Assembly (NCBI GenBank): GCA_963796055.1 | Contig: CAWCKH010000004.1 | Coordinates: 3,488,001-3,552,000, forward strand | DNA length: 64,000 bases | Source of the DNA: an uncultured delta proteobacterium | GTDB taxonomy: Bacteria; Myxococcota; Myxococcia; Myxococcales; Myxococcaceae | Direction: 5' to 3' | Part shown: piece after piece, positions 49,646 to 61,160 of the stretch | Numbering within the stretch: position 1 is the stretch's first letter | How the letters are laid out: every line of letters begins with the position of its first letter | Program-made: the position numbers and the translations under genes | The notes under the pieces: model-generated | Database searches by the model: none | What the model saw: only the letters and a program-made list of their open reading frames with translations | What the model was told of the DNA's origin: nothing

Positions 49646-50212
49646 CTATCGGTAGAAGACGTAGACCGCGGTGTACGGCACCTTCGTCTCGGCGCCCACG
49701 CTCGCCGCGTCGCAGCCGGTGGCGGGAGCCGCGCCGCCGTGCGTCTGGACACGCTGGACGAAGGTGACGCCCTGGAGCCCGCCCGCCTGGCCGTTCGACT
49801 GGGTGGGGACGAGGAGCCAGGGGATGGAGCCGGCTTCCGGGGACGCGGCCTTCTTCGCCGCCGCGACGTCTCCCTTGATTCCGCTCCCGTCGGTCAGCGT
49901 CCACGAGGGACCGGCGCTGTTCTTTCCGGCCACCTCCCCGCCTGGCTCGGCGGCGCGGAAGAGCTCGGAGTCGGGCGCGACCAGCTTCCACTCGGCGCCG
50001 CCGGCGCTCGCGGCCTGGCACTTGTAGTTCTGGGTTCCCTTCGCCGACAGCTGGAGCACCGGCGTGGCGGTCGCCGGGGCCTCGATCTCGGCAGGGACAC
50101 TCGGGCGCGCGGGTGCCGGCGCTGCGGCGGCTGCGGGCGCAGCAGACTCGGTGGTGGCACACCCGAACAGGCCGAGCACGGGCAGGACAAGGATGGAGCG
50201 GAACAGGCGCAT
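49646..50212 (-). CDS. DUF3455 family lipoprotein
   Basis: Lipobox LFGC; AKGTQNYKC, AGPSW..DGS, IPWLL, VQRVQTHGG.AP, VPYTAVYVFY. Confidence 0.85.
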   Translation of the reverse strand: MRLFRSILVLPVLGLFGCATTESAAPAAAAAPAPARPSVPAEIEAPATATPVLQLSAKGTQNYKCQAASAGGAEWKLVAPDSELFRAAEPGGEVAGKNSAGPSWTLTDGSGIKGDVAAAKKAASPEAGSIPWLLVPTQSNGQAGGLQGVTFVQRVQTHGGAAPATGCDAASVGAETKVPYTAVYVFYR

Positions 50213-50333
50213 GACGGACATCTCCTGAATGAGGGGAGCGCACCCTAGCCGGGCCGTCTGGCCGGGGTGTGGAACAGTCGACGGACAATCCATCGACACA
50301 CGCCGTCGTCCCCCGTTGCGGACGCCCATCGCC

Positions 50334-51017
50334 TCAGCCGGCAACCACGCCGCGGTACAGCCAGGTGATGCCCCCGGTGAAGGCGCGCGCCGACCGCTCC
50401 CGAAATGCGCCCGCGCGGTCCATCAGCTCGAGGAAGCGATTCCCGGCGGGGAACGCCGCCGCGGTCCGCGGCAGGTACTGGTACGCGGCGCGATTTCCCG
50501 TCAGCAGTCCGCCCACGGTCGGCATCACCACCCGCGCGTAGAGCCGGTACAGCGCACCCCAGAGCCCGCGCGGCTGGCCGAACTCGAGGACCAGCACCTG
50601 GCCGCCCGGCTTCACCACCCGCGCCATCTCGCGAAGACACTTCACCGGGTCGTCGACGTTGCGGATGCCGAAGGAGATGGAGGCCACGTCGAAGCTCGCC
50701 TCGGGGTAGGGGAGTGCCATCGCGTCTGCGACCTCGAAGGTCACGTCCAGCCTCGCCGCGCGCGCCTTCTCCCGCGCCGGCCCGAGCATCGGGGCGCAGA
50801 AGTCCGTCCCCACCACCTCCGCCCCCGTCCTGCGGAAGGCCAGTGCCAGATCTCCGGTCCCGGTCGCACAGTCGAGCACCCGCATCCCGGGGCCGGTCCG
50901 GGCGGTCTTCACCGTGACCTGCCGCCACCACCGGTCGACCCCGAAGCTGAGGACGATGTTGGTGACGTCGTACCTCGTCGCGATGGACGAGAACATCTCC
51001 CGGACCTGCTCGCTCAT
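50334..51017 (-). CDS. menG: demethylmenaquinone methyltransferase (UbiE/MenG)
   Basis: [16 protein letters not shown]....[26 protein letters not shown]. Confidence 0.92.
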   Translation of the reverse strand: MSEQVREMFSSIATRYDVTNIVLSFGVDRWWRQVTVKTARTGPGMRVLDCATGTGDLALAFRRTGAEVVGTDFCAPMLGPAREKARAARLDVTFEVADAMALPYPEASFDVASISFGIRNVDDPVKCLREMARVVKPGGQVLVLEFGQPRGLWGALYRLYARVVMPTVGGLLTGNRAAYQYLPRTAAAFPAGNRFLELMDRAGAFRERSARAFTGGITWLYRGVVAG

Positions 51018-51901
51018 GGCGAGACGGCCCGCACCGCCGGCGCGGCAGCCACGCGGTGATGGAGCGTGCGCCCCACCGCCTGCAGCAACGCGGGCAGCCG
51101 CTCCATCAGCTCGGAGAACATCTGTGGGGTCAGCGCCTGCCGCCCATCGCAGAGCGCCTCGTCGGGGTTGCCGTGCACCTCGACCAGGAGCCCGTCCGCT
51201 CCCGCCGCCGCCGCGGCCAGCGCCATCGGGATGACCAGCTCGCGCAGCCCCGTGGCGTGCGACGGGTCGACCAGGACGGGGAGATGGCTCCGCTGCTTCA
51301 CCAGGGCCACCGAGGCGAGGTCGAGGGTGTTTCGGGTCGCGGTCTCGAAGGTTCGGATCCCCCGCTCGCAGAGGATGACCTGGCTGTTGCCGCCCTCGAG
51401 CAGGTACTCGGCCGCCAGCAGCCACTCCTCCACCGTCGCCGCGAAGCCGCGCTTGAGGAGCACCGGCCGCCGCACCTTCCCCAGCGCCCGGAGCAGCGCG
51501 AAGTTCTGCATGTTCCGTGCTCCCACCTGGAGCAGGTCCACGTCGATCATCGACGCCAGCTGCGACGCCTCCAGCACCTCGGCCACCACTGGCAGCCCGT
51601 GCCGACCGCCCGAGCGGCCGAGGATGGCCAGCCCCGCCTCGCCCAGGCCCTGGAAGGCGTACGGGCTGGTCCTGGGCTTGAACGCTCCGCCGCGCAGCAG
51701 GTGAGCGCCGGCCGCGGCCACCGCCTCGGCTGCGCTCTCGGTCTGGGCCGGGCTCTCCACCGCGCAGGGACCTGCCGCCACCACGAACCCTGGGCCGCCG
51801 ATCTCCACCGGCCCCACGGTGACCCGGGTGCCGGCGGGGCGGGCGCTCCGTAGAACCCGCGCCGGGAGGGAGGGATCAGCGGCAGAACTTGTCGGTCTCA
51901 T
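51014..51901 (-). CDS. aroF: DAHP synthase, type I-beta
   Basis: [47 protein letters not shown]. Confidence 0.93.
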   Translation of the reverse strand: MRPTSSAADPSLPARVLRSARPAGTRVTVGPVEIGGPGFVVAAGPCAVESPAQTESAAEAVAAAGAHLLRGGAFKPRTSPYAFQGLGEAGLAILGRSGGRHGLPVVAEVLEASQLASMIDVDLLQVGARNMQNFALLRALGKVRRPVLLKRGFAATVEEWLLAAEYLLEGGNSQVILCERGIRTFETATRNTLDLASVALVKQRSHLPVLVDPSHATGLRELVIPMALAAAAAGADGLLVEVHGNPDEALCDGRQALTPQMFSELMERLPALLQAVGRTLHHRVAAAPAVRAVSP

Positions 51902-51921
51902 CGAGTTGTGGAATTCAAGGG

Positions 51922-51939
51922 GTTCAAGGCTCCTTGAAC
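51922..51939. promoter_or_regulatory. palindromic operator GTTCAAG-N4-CTTGAAC (site 1)
   Basis: GTTCAAGGCTCCTTGAAC between the divergent aroF and menF genes; extra TTCAAGG half-site immediately to the left. Confidence 0.75.
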
Positions 51940-52001
51940 TTCCGCGTGCAGGGATAGCCCGCTGGACGTAGAACCTCAACTGCATCGGCGTCCAGCACTC
52001 C

Positions 52002-53297
52002 ATGCGTCACCTCATGCAAGGAATCACCCCCGGTCGCATGCAGGTCCTCGGCATCTCGGCCCGCGTCTCGCCCGGCGCGCGCCTGCCCGAGCCCTGGACG
52101 CTCTCCTGGTCCGACGGGACGTGGAGCTGGGCCGGAAGCGGAGTGTCCGCCGCCCTCCACGCTCCGGAGCATGGCCCGCTCCTGGACGCGGTGGCGGGCT
52201 CGGAGGTCCTGGTCGAGGGCGGCTCCATCGTTCCTCCCGCGCCGTGGTTCGGCGGCTTTGCCTTCGATGCGACCGCGGCCATCGACCGCTGGTGGGAGGC
52301 GTTCCCCCCGGCCTGGGCGCTGGTGCCCCGGCTGCTGCTCGGCAGCGACGGACGCAGCGCCGAGCTGGTGGCGTTCGCGCGGGTCGACGACGACGGGCTG
52401 TCCTCGGCCCGCGATCGCGCCGGCGCCCTTCTCCAGCAGGCCCGGCGAGCCCTGCTCGAGGCGCCCCTGGCCAGCCCCGCCCGCGCACCCGGCCGCCTGC
52501 CGCGCCTCCGTCCCCAGGACCGCGTCGGCTGGGACGCGCTGGTCCACGAGGCGCTCGCCGCCTTCGAGTCCGGCCATCTCCGCAAGGTGGTGCTCGCCCG
52601 TGCCCTGGAGGTGGAGGCCGACGCCCCGCTCGACGTCCCGGCGGTGCGGGCGCGGATGCGAGAGCTCGCCGGTCCGGCAGTGGGTTACGAGCTGCGAGCC
52701 GACGACGGCACCACCCTGCTCGGCGCGAGCCCCGAGCGGCTCTTCACCCTGGAGGGCGGCCGTCTGCAGACGCAGGCCCTGGCCAGCAGCGCGGCACCGG
52801 ATGAGCTGGAACGGCTCACCGGTGGGCACAAGGAGGCCCGGGAGCACGCGGCGGTGGTGGAGAGCATCCGCGCTGCGCTGCTCCCGCTCTCGGCAGAGGT
52901 GGAGATCGGGGCCGCGCCCGAGCCACTGGCGCTCGGGTATGTCGCCCACCTCCGCACGCCGGTCCGGGCACGGCTCCGGCCGGGGGTGACTCCCGCCGAC
53001 GTCGCCCGCGCGCTGCACCCCACCGCCGCGGTGGGCGGGACGCCGCGTGACGAGGCACTGGCGTTCCTCCGCGGCCACGAACGTCTCGCCCGCGGCTGGT
53101 ATGCAGGGGCCATCGGCTGGCTCGGGTCCGACCGGGCCGACCTCCGGGTCGCCCTCCGCTGCGCGCTCGTCCGCGGCGCCGCGGCTCGCCTCTTCTCTGG
53201 CGCAGGGTGCGTGGCCGGGTCGACCGCCGAGGGCGAGTGGACGGAGACCGCGGTGAAGGCGCGCTTCATGCTCCGCGCATTCGGGCTGGAGGGCTGA
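52002..53297 (+). CDS. menF: isochorismate synthase
   Basis: [39 protein letters not shown]; start uncertain (52002, 52014 or 52038). Confidence 0.9.
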   Translation: MRHLMQGITPGRMQVLGISARVSPGARLPEPWTLSWSDGTWSWAGSGVSAALHAPEHGPLLDAVAGSEVLVEGGSIVPPAPWFGGFAFDATAAIDRWWEAFPPAWALVPRLLLGSDGRSAELVAFARVDDDGLSSARDRAGALLQQARRALLEAPLASPARAPGRLPRLRPQDRVGWDALVHEALAAFESGHLRKVVLARALEVEADAPLDVPAVRARMRELAGPAVGYELRADDGTTLLGASPERLFTLEGGRLQTQALASSAAPDELERLTGGHKEAREHAAVVESIRAALLPLSAEVEIGAAPEPLALGYVAHLRTPVRARLRPGVTPADVARALHPTAAVGGTPRDEALAFLRGHERLARGWYAGAIGWLGSDRADLRVALRCALVRGAAARLFSGAGCVAGSTAEGEWTETAVKARFMLRAFGLEG

Positions 53298-53302
53298 CCG
53301 GC

Positions 53303-55057
53303 ATGCCCTCCCTCAACACCCTGTGGGCCGGAGCTCTGATGCAGGAGCTGCACCGGGGTGGGGTGCGCGATGTCGTGCTCTGCCCGGGCTCGCGCAGCGC
53401 TCCGCTGGCCCTGGCAGCTGCCGAGGCGAGCCCGGAGGTGCGAACCTGGGTGGTGCTCGACGAGCGCGTCGCTGGCTTCTTCGCCCTGGGACTGGCGCTC
53501 GAGTCGGGCCGGCCCGCCTCGGTGCTCGTCACCTCCGGGAGCGCAGGGACGCACCTTCTCCCCGCCCTCGTCGAGGCCTGGGCGTCGGGCGTCCCGCTGG
53601 TGGCGCTCACCGCCGACCGGCCCTGGGAGCTCCACGGATTCGGCGCCCCGCAGACCATGCCGCAGGGCGGGCTCTTCGGGTCCTTCGTCCGGATGTCCCA
53701 GAGCCTCCCGTCGCCCGAGGCGAGCGCCGCCGCGTTCCGCCATCTGCGCGCCGTCGTCTCGCGTGCGGTGTCCGCGGCGGTGGCGCGCCCCTCCGGGCCG
53801 GTGCACCTCGACGTCCCGTTCCGCGAGCCGCTCGCCCCCGTGCCCGACGCTCCAGCGCCGGCCGGGCTCGACGTCGAGGCGCTGGAGGGCAGGGCTGGAG
53901 CGCCCTTCGTCCGCAGTGTCACCCCGGCCGGGCTTCCGCCCGAGCCCGAGCTGGAGGCGGTGCGCCGTCGGCTCGCCGCGGCGGAGCGGGGCGTGGTGGT
54001 GGTGGGACCTCGCGCCCGTGCCGACCGGTTCGCCGGTGCGGTGCGCGCCCTCGCTGCATCGCACGGCTATCCGGTGCTGGCCGATGCGGCGAGCAACGTG
54101 CGCTGGGCCCCGGGCCAGCCGGCCATCGCCCACCTCGACCTCCTGCTGCGCAACGAGGGCTGGGCCCTGGCCTCCCGGCCGGACCTCGTCGTCCGCCTCG
54201 GCGGGGGCCTCTCCTCGCGCCGCGTCTCCGAGTGGCTCGACGGCTCGGGCGCCGAGGTGGTGCTGGTCTCGGAGGGGACCGAGCCCGTGGACCCACAGCA
54301 CCGCGCGGCGGTGGTGCTCGAGGGCGATGCGGTCGCCATCTGCGAGGCGCTCACCGCCGCCACTGCACCGAGACGGGCGGCCTGGGCCGACGGATTCTCC
54401 CGGGCCGACGCCCGCGCCGATTCCACGCTCGCCTCCGCGCTCGCCTCGGAGCGCCGGTTGACCGAGCCCGGCGTGGCGCGGGCGGTCGTCTCCGCGCTCC
54501 CCGCCGGGGCGCGCCTGGTGCTCGGCAGCAGCATGCCCATCCGGGACGTGGACGCCTTCGCTCCCGACCCGCCGGGACCGGTCCGCGTCCTCGCCAACCG
54601 CGGGCTCAACGGCATCGACGGAAACCTGAGCACCGCCCTCGGTGTCGCCGCGGCGTCCGGTGCGCCGACCTTCGCCGTGGTGGGAGACCTGGCGCTCCTG
54701 CACGACCTGGGCGCGCTGGTCCTCGCTCGCCGGGCCAGCCTTCCGCTCACCGTCGTGGTGGTGAACAACGACGGCGGCGGCATCTTCTCCTTTCTCCCCA
54801 TCGCCGGGAGCACCCCTCGCTTCGAGGCGCTCTTCGGCACCCCGCACGGGACCGACCTCTCGGCCGCCGCGGCGCTGGGCGAGGCCCGGTTCACCCGGGT
54901 GGAGGCGCCGGCCGAGCTCGCCGCCGCGCTGGAGGACGCCGGGCGGCCGGGGCTCCGCATCATCGAGGCGCGCGTCGTCGATCGCGCGACCAACGTCGAC
55001 GTTCACCATGCGCTCGGAGCGGCCGTGGCCCGCGCGCTCGAGGAGGGCGGCCGATGA
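53303..55057 (+). CDS. menD: SEPHCHC synthase
   Basis: [48 protein letters not shown]. Confidence 0.96.
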   Translation: MPSLNTLWAGALMQELHRGGVRDVVLCPGSRSAPLALAAAEASPEVRTWVVLDERVAGFFALGLALESGRPASVLVTSGSAGTHLLPALVEAWASGVPLVALTADRPWELHGFGAPQTMPQGGLFGSFVRMSQSLPSPEASAAAFRHLRAVVSRAVSAAVARPSGPVHLDVPFREPLAPVPDAPAPAGLDVEALEGRAGAPFVRSVTPAGLPPEPELEAVRRRLAAAERGVVVVGPRARADRFAGAVRALAASHGYPVLADAASNVRWAPGQPAIAHLDLLLRNEGWALASRPDLVVRLGGGLSSRRVSEWLDGSGAEVVLVSEGTEPVDPQHRAAVVLEGDAVAICEALTAATAPRRAAWADGFSRADARADSTLASALASERRLTEPGVARAVVSALPAGARLVLGSSMPIRDVDAFAPDPPGPVRVLANRGLNGIDGNLSTALGVAAASGAPTFAVVGDLALLHDLGALVLARRASLPLTVVVVNNDGGGIFSFLPIAGSTPRFEALFGTPHGTDLSAAAALGEARFTRVEAPAELAAALEDAGRPGLRIIEARVVDRATNVDVHHALGAAVARALEEGGR

Positions 55058-55884
55058 GCCTGCTCGCCCACGTCACCTGGGGGCAAGGTGCGCCCCTGCT
55101 GCTGCTGCACGGGTTCACCGGGAACCGGGACGCCTGGAACCACCTGCGACCGCTGCTCGGCCAGTCCTTCCAGGCCCTCGCCCCCGACCTCCCTGGCCAC
55201 GGCGAGAGTCCCATCGCCCCGGACACCACCTTCGACGGGACGATCGAGGCCCTGCTGGCGCTCCTCGACTCCCAGCGGCTCGAGCGGGTGGACGTCGCGG
55301 GGTACTCGCTCGGCGCCCGGGTGGCGCTGGGACTGTGCCTCCGCGCGCCGGAGCGGGTGGGCCGCCTGGTCCTCGAGTCGGGCAGCCCGGGCCTCCGCCG
55401 CCGGCGCGACCGGCACGAGCGCCGCCGGGACGACGCCGCGCTGGCCGAGGTCATCGAGCGGGACGGACTCGAGGCCTTCGTCCGCCGCTGGGAAGCGCTC
55501 CCGCTGTTCGACGGGCTGCGGGGCCTCCCCGAGGACGTCCGCCTGCGGCTCCACCAGCGCCGGCTCTCGCACCGGCCGGAGGCGCTGGCCGGCTCGCTGC
55601 GCGCCCTGTCGCTCGGTGCGCAGCCCAGCTACTGGACGCGGCTGTGGACGGTGCGCGCGCCCACCTTGCTGCTCAGCGGCGGCCGCGACCCGAAGTTCAG
55701 CGGCATCGCCCGGGCGATGGCGGCGGAGATGCCGCTGGTCTGGGGACACGTCTTCCCCGGCGCGGGGCACGCGCCACATCTGGAGTCGCCAGAGGAGTGG
55801 GCCCGCGAGGTGACCTCCTTCCTCTCCGCTCCGTGGATCGAACGGCCGCTCGTGGACAGCGAGCGCGGGAGCAACCAGGGATGA
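55054..55884 (+). CDS. menH: SHCHC synthase
   Basis: [29 protein letters not shown]. Confidence 0.92.
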   Translation: MSLLAHVTWGQGAPLLLLHGFTGNRDAWNHLRPLLGQSFQALAPDLPGHGESPIAPDTTFDGTIEALLALLDSQRLERVDVAGYSLGARVALGLCLRAPERVGRLVLESGSPGLRRRRDRHERRRDDAALAEVIERDGLEAFVRRWEALPLFDGLRGLPEDVRLRLHQRRLSHRPEALAGSLRALSLGAQPSYWTRLWTVRAPTLLLSGGRDPKFSGIARAMAAEMPLVWGHVFPGAGHAPHLESPEEWAREVTSFLSAPWIERPLVDSERGSNQG

Positions 55885-56699
55885 AGGCAGAGTGGAAGAA
55901 GGTCCGGGACGACAAGGACATCGTCTACGAGAAGTGGAACGGCATCGCGAAGATCACCATCAACCGGCCCGAGGTGCGGAACGCGTTCCGCCCCCAGACG
56001 CTGTTCGAGATGAGCTCCGCGTTCAACGACGCCCGCGAGGATCCCTCGGTGGGTGTGGTCATCCTCACCGGCGCCGGCGACCAGGCCTTCTGCTCCGGCG
56101 GCGACCAGCGCATCCGCGGCAACGAGGGCTACGTGGGGAGCGACGGCGTCCCCCGGCTCAACGTGCTCGACCTCCAGAAGCAGATCCGCTCCCTGCCCAA
56201 GCCGGTGGTGGCGATGGTGGCCGGGTATGCCATCGGCGGTGGCCACGTGCTCCACGTGGTCTGCGACCTGACCATCGCCGCGGACAACGCCCGCTTCGGC
56301 CAGACCGGCCCGCGGGTGGGCAGCTTCGACGGTGGCTTCGGCGCGAGCTACCTCGCCTCCATCGTCGGCCAGAAGAAGGCCCGGGAGATCTGGTTCCTCT
56401 GCCGCCAGTACGACGCGCAGCAGGCGCTGCAGATGGGGCTGGTCAACACCGTGGTGCCGCTGGCCGACCTCGAGGCGGAGACCCTCCGCTGGTGCCAGGA
56501 GATGCTCCAGCTCAGCCCGCTGGCGCTCCGGCTGCTCAAGTCGAGCTTCAACGCCGACCTGGACGGCCAGGCCGGCATCCAGGAGCTCGCCGGCAACGCG
56601 ACCTTGCTCTACTACATGTCCGCGGAGGCCCAGGAGGGGCGCAACGCGTACGTCGAGCGGCGCATGCCCGACTTCTCGAAGTTCCCGCGTCGCCCGTGA
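55881..56699 (+). CDS. menB: 1,4-dihydroxy-2-naphthoyl-CoA synthase
   Basis: [35 protein letters not shown]. Confidence 0.97.
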   Translation: MKAEWKKVRDDKDIVYEKWNGIAKITINRPEVRNAFRPQTLFEMSSAFNDAREDPSVGVVILTGAGDQAFCSGGDQRIRGNEGYVGSDGVPRLNVLDLQKQIRSLPKPVVAMVAGYAIGGGHVLHVVCDLTIAADNARFGQTGPRVGSFDGGFGASYLASIVGQKKAREIWFLCRQYDAQQALQMGLVNTVVPLADLEAETLRWCQEMLQLSPLALRLLKSSFNADLDGQAGIQELAGNATLLYYMSAEAQEGRNAYVERRMPDFSKFPRRP

Positions 56700-57604
56700 C
56701 CGCCGCCGCTCCCCCCGCCGTGCCCTCGCTCCGGATCTGGCTGCTCGCGGCCCGGCCCAAGACGCTCACCGCCGCGGTGGTGCCGGTGGTGGTGGGCACG
56801 GGGCTGGCGCTGGGGAAGGGGATGGCGGCCGGGTGGCCGGCGCTCGCCGCGCTCGCCGGGGCGGTGCTGATCCAGATCGGCACCAACCTCACCAACGACT
56901 ACTACGACTTCCGCAAGGGCGCGGACACCCACGAGCGCGTGGGACCGACCCGGGTCACGCAGAGCGGGCTCATCGCGCCGCAGACGGTGCTGGCCGCCGG
57001 CGCGGCCTGCTTCACGCTGGCGCTGGTGGTGGGGATCTACCTCGTGGCCCGGGGCGGCTGGCCGTTCGTGGTCATCGGTCTCGCCTCGGTGCTCGCCGGC
57101 TGGGCCTACACCGGTGGGCCGTACCCGCTCGGGTACAACGGGCTCGGGGACCTGTTCGTGATGGTCTTCTTCGGGCTGGTGGCCGTGCCGGGCACCTTCT
57201 ACGCCCAGGGACTCCGGCTGGTCCCGGCCGTCTGGCCCGCGGCGGTGGCCGTCGGCGCCACCGGGACGATGATCCTGGTGGTGAACAACCTGCGGGACAT
57301 GGAGACCGACGCCCGCGCCGGCAAGCACACCCTGGTGGTCCGCTTCGGCCGGGGCTTCGGACGCGGCGAGTACGTCACGCTCCTCGGGGTGGCGCTGGCC
57401 ATGCCGGTCCTCCTGGTGGCGCTCGACTGGGCGCGGTGGCCGGTGCTCCTGGCGCTCCTCGCCGCGCCGCTGTCCTGGCCGCCGCTGTCGCGCGTCCTGC
57501 GGACCACCGGGGCGACGCTGAACCCGGCCCTGGGGACGACGGCGCGGTTCCAGGCCGCGTTCGGACTGCTGCTGGCTCTCGGGGCCTGGCTGGGGGCCGC
57601 GTGA
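56696..57604 (+). CDS. menA: DHNA polyprenyltransferase
   Basis: AARPKTL, N..NDYYD..KGAD, NNLRD..D..AGK.TL. Confidence 0.95.
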   Translation: MTAAAPPAVPSLRIWLLAARPKTLTAAVVPVVVGTGLALGKGMAAGWPALAALAGAVLIQIGTNLTNDYYDFRKGADTHERVGPTRVTQSGLIAPQTVLAAGAACFTLALVVGIYLVARGGWPFVVIGLASVLAGWAYTGGPYPLGYNGLGDLFVMVFFGLVAVPGTFYAQGLRLVPAVWPAAVAVGATGTMILVVNNLRDMETDARAGKHTLVVRFGRGFGRGEYVTLLGVALAMPVLLVALDWARWPVLLALLAAPLSWPPLSRVLRTTGATLNPALGTTARFQAAFGLLLALGAWLGAA

Positions 57605-58665
57605 CCACCGAGCTCCTCGTCCGGCCACGGGCCCTCCGCCTCCGCTCGGGCCTCTCCACCGGCGCCGGGATGCGGATGGGGGTGGACGGGTTCTGGCTGC
57701 GGCTGGGCGACGGGCTGGGCGAGGTGACGCTCTTGCCCGGGTTCGGGACCGAGCCGGTGGAACGGGCCCGCGCCGCGCTGACGGAGGCAGCCGCCGCGCT
57801 CCGGGGCGCCCCGCCGCCGGGGAGCCACGACGAGGTGGCGGCGCGCATCCAGCGCCTCCCCATCCTCCGCGAGACACCGGCCACCCGGGCGGGGGTCGAG
57901 CTGGCCCTGCTCGACGCGGGCGCCCGCCATGCCGGCACTCCGCTCGCCGCATGGCTCGGCGCCGAGCTGCGCTCGGTCCGGGTCAACGCGCTCCTCACCG
58001 ACGACGAGGTCGACGCCCTGGCCTCGGAGGCCCGGGCACGGGCGCACGAGAACTTCGACACCTTGAAGATCAAGGTGGGCGCCGAGCCTGCCAGCCAGGA
58101 CGCCGTCCGGGTGGCGGCGGTGCGGGCGGCGGTGGGCCCCAACATGCGCATCCGCGTCGACGGCAACGGCGCGTGGTCCGAGGCCGAGGCCCGGGAGCGG
58201 CTCACCGCCCTCGCCTCCTCGCGGCTCGAGTACGTCGAGCAGCCGGTGCCGGCGGCCAACTTCGATGGGCTTCGCCGGCTCCGCTCGCTGGCCCGCATCG
58301 CCGCCGACGAGTCGCTCGGCGTGCCCGGTGCGCGCGAGGGCCTGTTCGGCGGCAAGCGGCCCGCGGTGGACGTGCTGGTGTTCAAGCTCCCGGTCATCGG
58401 CGGTGTGCTCCGGGCACGCCGGTACGCGGCGCTGGCCTGGGAGGTGGGCGTCGAGGTCGTGGTGACCAGCGCGCTCGATGGCGCGGTCTCGCGCGCCGGC
58501 GCGGCCCACCTCGCCTGCACGCTCCCCGTCGAGGGTCCGGCACACGGGCTCGCCACCGGGCACCTGCTCGATTCGGACGCCGGCGGCTACCCCATCTCGC
58601 ACGGCCTCTGCTACCTCCCGGACGCGCCTGGGCTGGGCATCGACCCGGAGGTCCTCGGGTGGTGA
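57601..58665 (+). CDS. menC: o-succinylbenzoate synthase
   Basis: LKIKVG, RVDGNGAW, YVEQP, AADES; position within the men operon. Confidence 0.88.
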   Translation: MTTELLVRPRALRLRSGLSTGAGMRMGVDGFWLRLGDGLGEVTLLPGFGTEPVERARAALTEAAAALRGAPPPGSHDEVAARIQRLPILRETPATRAGVELALLDAGARHAGTPLAAWLGAELRSVRVNALLTDDEVDALASEARARAHENFDTLKIKVGAEPASQDAVRVAAVRAAVGPNMRIRVDGNGAWSEAEARERLTALASSRLEYVEQPVPAANFDGLRRLRSLARIAADESLGVPGAREGLFGGKRPAVDVLVFKLPVIGGVLRARRYAALAWEVGVEVVVTSALDGAVSRAGAAHLACTLPVEGPAHGLATGHLLDSDAGGYPISHGLCYLPDAPGLGIDPEVLGW

Positions 58666-60155
58666 CCGCCGGGTGCCCCGTGCGCGCCCACGCCCGCCGC
58701 AACCCGGAGGGGCTCGCGCTCGTTGCCGGTGAGCGTCGATGGACCTGGGCCGCGCTGGACCGGGAAGTGGCGCGGGTCGCCGGCTTCCTCCAGGCCGCGA
58801 ACGTCCGCCGGGGCGAGCGGGTGGCGGTCCTGGCCGCGAACCACCCCTCGACGGTGGCCCTCCTCTTCGCCGTTCGCCGCACCGGCGCCGCGCTGGTTCC
58901 GCTCAACGTCCGGCTCGCCCCGGCCGAGCTCCGCGCCCAGCAGGAGCGGGTCCGTCCCCGGGTGGTGCTGGCCGACGCCGACCGCCGCGAGGTGCTCCCC
59001 GGAGCCGTGGCGCTCGAGGACTGGCCCGGCCCCGACACCGCGCCCTGGCCCGGAGAGGAGTCCGACGCCTCCCCCGACTGGGTCCTGCTCTTCACCTCCG
59101 GCACCACCGGGCAACCCAAGGCCGCGCGGCTCTCGGTCGGGGCCTTCGATGCGCTGGCGCGGGCCTCGGCGGCGAACCTCGGGCCACGGGCCGGGGACCG
59201 CTCGCTCTGCAACCTCCCGCTGTTCCACGTCGGCGGCCTCGGCATGGCGGTGCGCTGCGCGCACGACGGGGCGACCCTGGTGCTCCACCCGCGCTTCGAC
59301 GCCGCGGCGGTGGTGCGGGCCGTGCGCGAGGAGGGCATCACCCACCTGAGCCTGGTGGCGCGCGCGCTCGAGCAGAGCCTCGACGCCGGGCTTCGCGCCG
59401 GCTCGCTCCGCGCCGTGCTGGTGGGCGGTGGTCCCGTCCCGCTGTCCCTGGTCGAGCGGGCGCGCGCCGCCAGCCTTCCCGTGCTCCTCACCTATGGGCT
59501 CACCGAGGCCTGCTCGCAGGTCACCACCGAGCATCCGGGTGAGGCCGACGGCCGGACCGCCGGCCCCCCGCTGCCCGGACTCGAGGTCCGGATCGTCGCC
59601 GGCGACGGCAGGCGGCTGCCGGCAGGGGAGGAGGGCGCCATCGCCGTCCGTGGGCCCACCCTCATGCGGGGCTACCTCGACGACGATGGCGCCACCGCCG
59701 ACGTGCTCCAGGACGGCTGGCTTCTCACCGGGGACATCGGCCGGCTCGACGGCTCCGGGCGGCTCACCGTCCTGGCCCGGCGCACCGACCTCATCCTCTC
59801 GGGGGGCGAGAATGTCTACCCCGCCGAGGTGGAGGCTGTGCTCGCCACCCACCCCGGGGTGGCGGAGGTGGCAGTCGTCGGACGCCCGGACGCGCGGTGG
59901 GGGCAGGTGCCGGTGGCGGTGGTCGTGGCCCGGCCGTCCGGCTCGCTGGAGGACCTCCGGACCTGGGCGCTGTCCCGGCTCGCCGCGTTCAAGGTCCCGG
60001 CCGAGGTGCTCCCCGCCACCGCGCTCCCCCGCACCGCGGCGGGCAAGGTGGACCGCGCGGCAGTGCAGGCCGCGGTGGTGGGCCCAAGCGGCGCTTGTTC
60101 CTTCGAGAAGCCCGGCGGCGCAGAAAACGCGGCGGGGCGGATGGAGTTCAAGTAG
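58662..60155 (+). CDS. menE: o-succinylbenzoate-CoA ligase
   Basis: FTSGTTGQPK, LPLFHVGG, TYGLTE, SGGENVYP. Confidence 0.92.
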   Translation: MTAGCPVRAHARRNPEGLALVAGERRWTWAALDREVARVAGFLQAANVRRGERVAVLAANHPSTVALLFAVRRTGAALVPLNVRLAPAELRAQQERVRPRVVLADADRREVLPGAVALEDWPGPDTAPWPGEESDASPDWVLLFTSGTTGQPKAARLSVGAFDALARASAANLGPRAGDRSLCNLPLFHVGGLGMAVRCAHDGATLVLHPRFDAAAVVRAVREEGITHLSLVARALEQSLDAGLRAGSLRAVLVGGGPVPLSLVERARAASLPVLLTYGLTEACSQVTTEHPGEADGRTAGPPLPGLEVRIVAGDGRRLPAGEEGAIAVRGPTLMRGYLDDDGATADVLQDGWLLTGDIGRLDGSGRLTVLARRTDLILSGGENVYPAEVEAVLATHPGVAEVAVVGRPDARWGQVPVAVVVARPSGSLEDLRTWALSRLAAFKVPAEVLPATALPRTAAGKVDRAAVQAAVVGPSGACSFEKPGGAENAAGRMEFK

Positions 60156-60163
60156 TCTTGAAC
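60146..60163. promoter_or_regulatory. palindromic operator GTTCAAG-N4-CTTGAAC (site 2)
   Basis: GTTCAAGTAGTCTTGAAC spans the menE stop, 12 nt before the polyprenyl synthase ATG. Confidence 0.75.
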
Positions 60164-60175
60164 AGGGTGAACCAG

Positions 60176-61147
60176 ATGGAGACCACGCCCGAGGCAGGAC
60201 GCTTCCTGGAAGCCGCCGAGGCCCGCCTCGCCACCGTCCTCTCGCACGGCTCGGGCGACGTGGCCCAGTCCGACACCCTGCTCAACGCCGGCCGCCACCT
60301 GTGCATCGGCAGCGGCGGCAAGCGGGTCCGGCCCACCATGGTGCACCTCTTCGGCCTCGCCGCAGGGGCGCCCGAGGGGCCGCTGCTGCACGTGGCGGTG
60401 GCCGCGGAGCTGGTGCACTCGGCCAGCCTGCTCCACGACGACGTGGTGGACGCCGGGATGTACCGCCGTGGCCGCCCGACGGTGAACGCGCTCTGGGGCA
60501 ACGTGGTGGCGGTGATGGGCGGAGACCTCCTGCTCACCCTCGCGCTCGGCGAGCTGGCCGCGCTCGACCGGGAGATCACCTTCGCCGCGGTGCGGACGGT
60601 CGCCGAGATGACCCGGGCGACCATCGGTGAGGTGGAGGCCCGCGGGGACCTCTCGCTCTCGGTGGAACGCTTCCGGAGCATCATGGAGGGCAAGACCGGG
60701 GCGCTCTTTGGCTTCTGCGGCGCGGCGGCCGGACGGCTCGCGGGCAGGGACGAGGTCGCCCGCAGGTTCGAGGCCTTCGGCCGCCACCTCGGCGTGGCCT
60801 TCCAGATCGCCGACGACCTCAAGGACCTCAACGGCGGTGACCCGGGCAAGCCGGTGTTCGCCGACTTCAAGTCCCGGACCCCCTCGCTGCCCATCCTGCT
60901 CGCCGCGCAGATGGACGAGCCGCTCCGGCGCCGGATCAAGGACCTGTGGGCCTTCGGCTCGATGGCCGACGAGCGGGTGCGCGAGCTCGGCGTGGCGGTG
61001 CTCGCCACCGACGCCCCGCGGGCCGCGCTTCACCTCATGGACCGGGAGATCGAGGCCGCGCTCGACGCACTCGGCCCCCTCCGCGATTCGCCCGGCGCCA
61101 GCGAGCTGACCGACTGGGCCCGGCGCCTCGGGGCGGCCTTCCGCTAG
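60176..61147 (+). CDS. polyprenyl diphosphate synthase
   Basis: GGKRVRP, HSASLLHDDVVD..RRGRPT, KTGALF, FQIADD. Confidence 0.93.
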   Translation: METTPEAGRFLEAAEARLATVLSHGSGDVAQSDTLLNAGRHLCIGSGGKRVRPTMVHLFGLAAGAPEGPLLHVAVAAELVHSASLLHDDVVDAGMYRRGRPTVNALWGNVVAVMGGDLLLTLALGELAALDREITFAAVRTVAEMTRATIGEVEARGDLSLSVERFRSIMEGKTGALFGFCGAAAGRLAGRDEVARRFEAFGRHLGVAFQIADDLKDLNGGDPGKPVFADFKSRTPSLPILLAAQMDEPLRRRIKDLWAFGSMADERVRELGVAVLATDAPRAALHLMDREIEAALDALGPLRDSPGASELTDWARRLGAAFR

Positions 61148-61160
61148 CGAGAGCACGACC

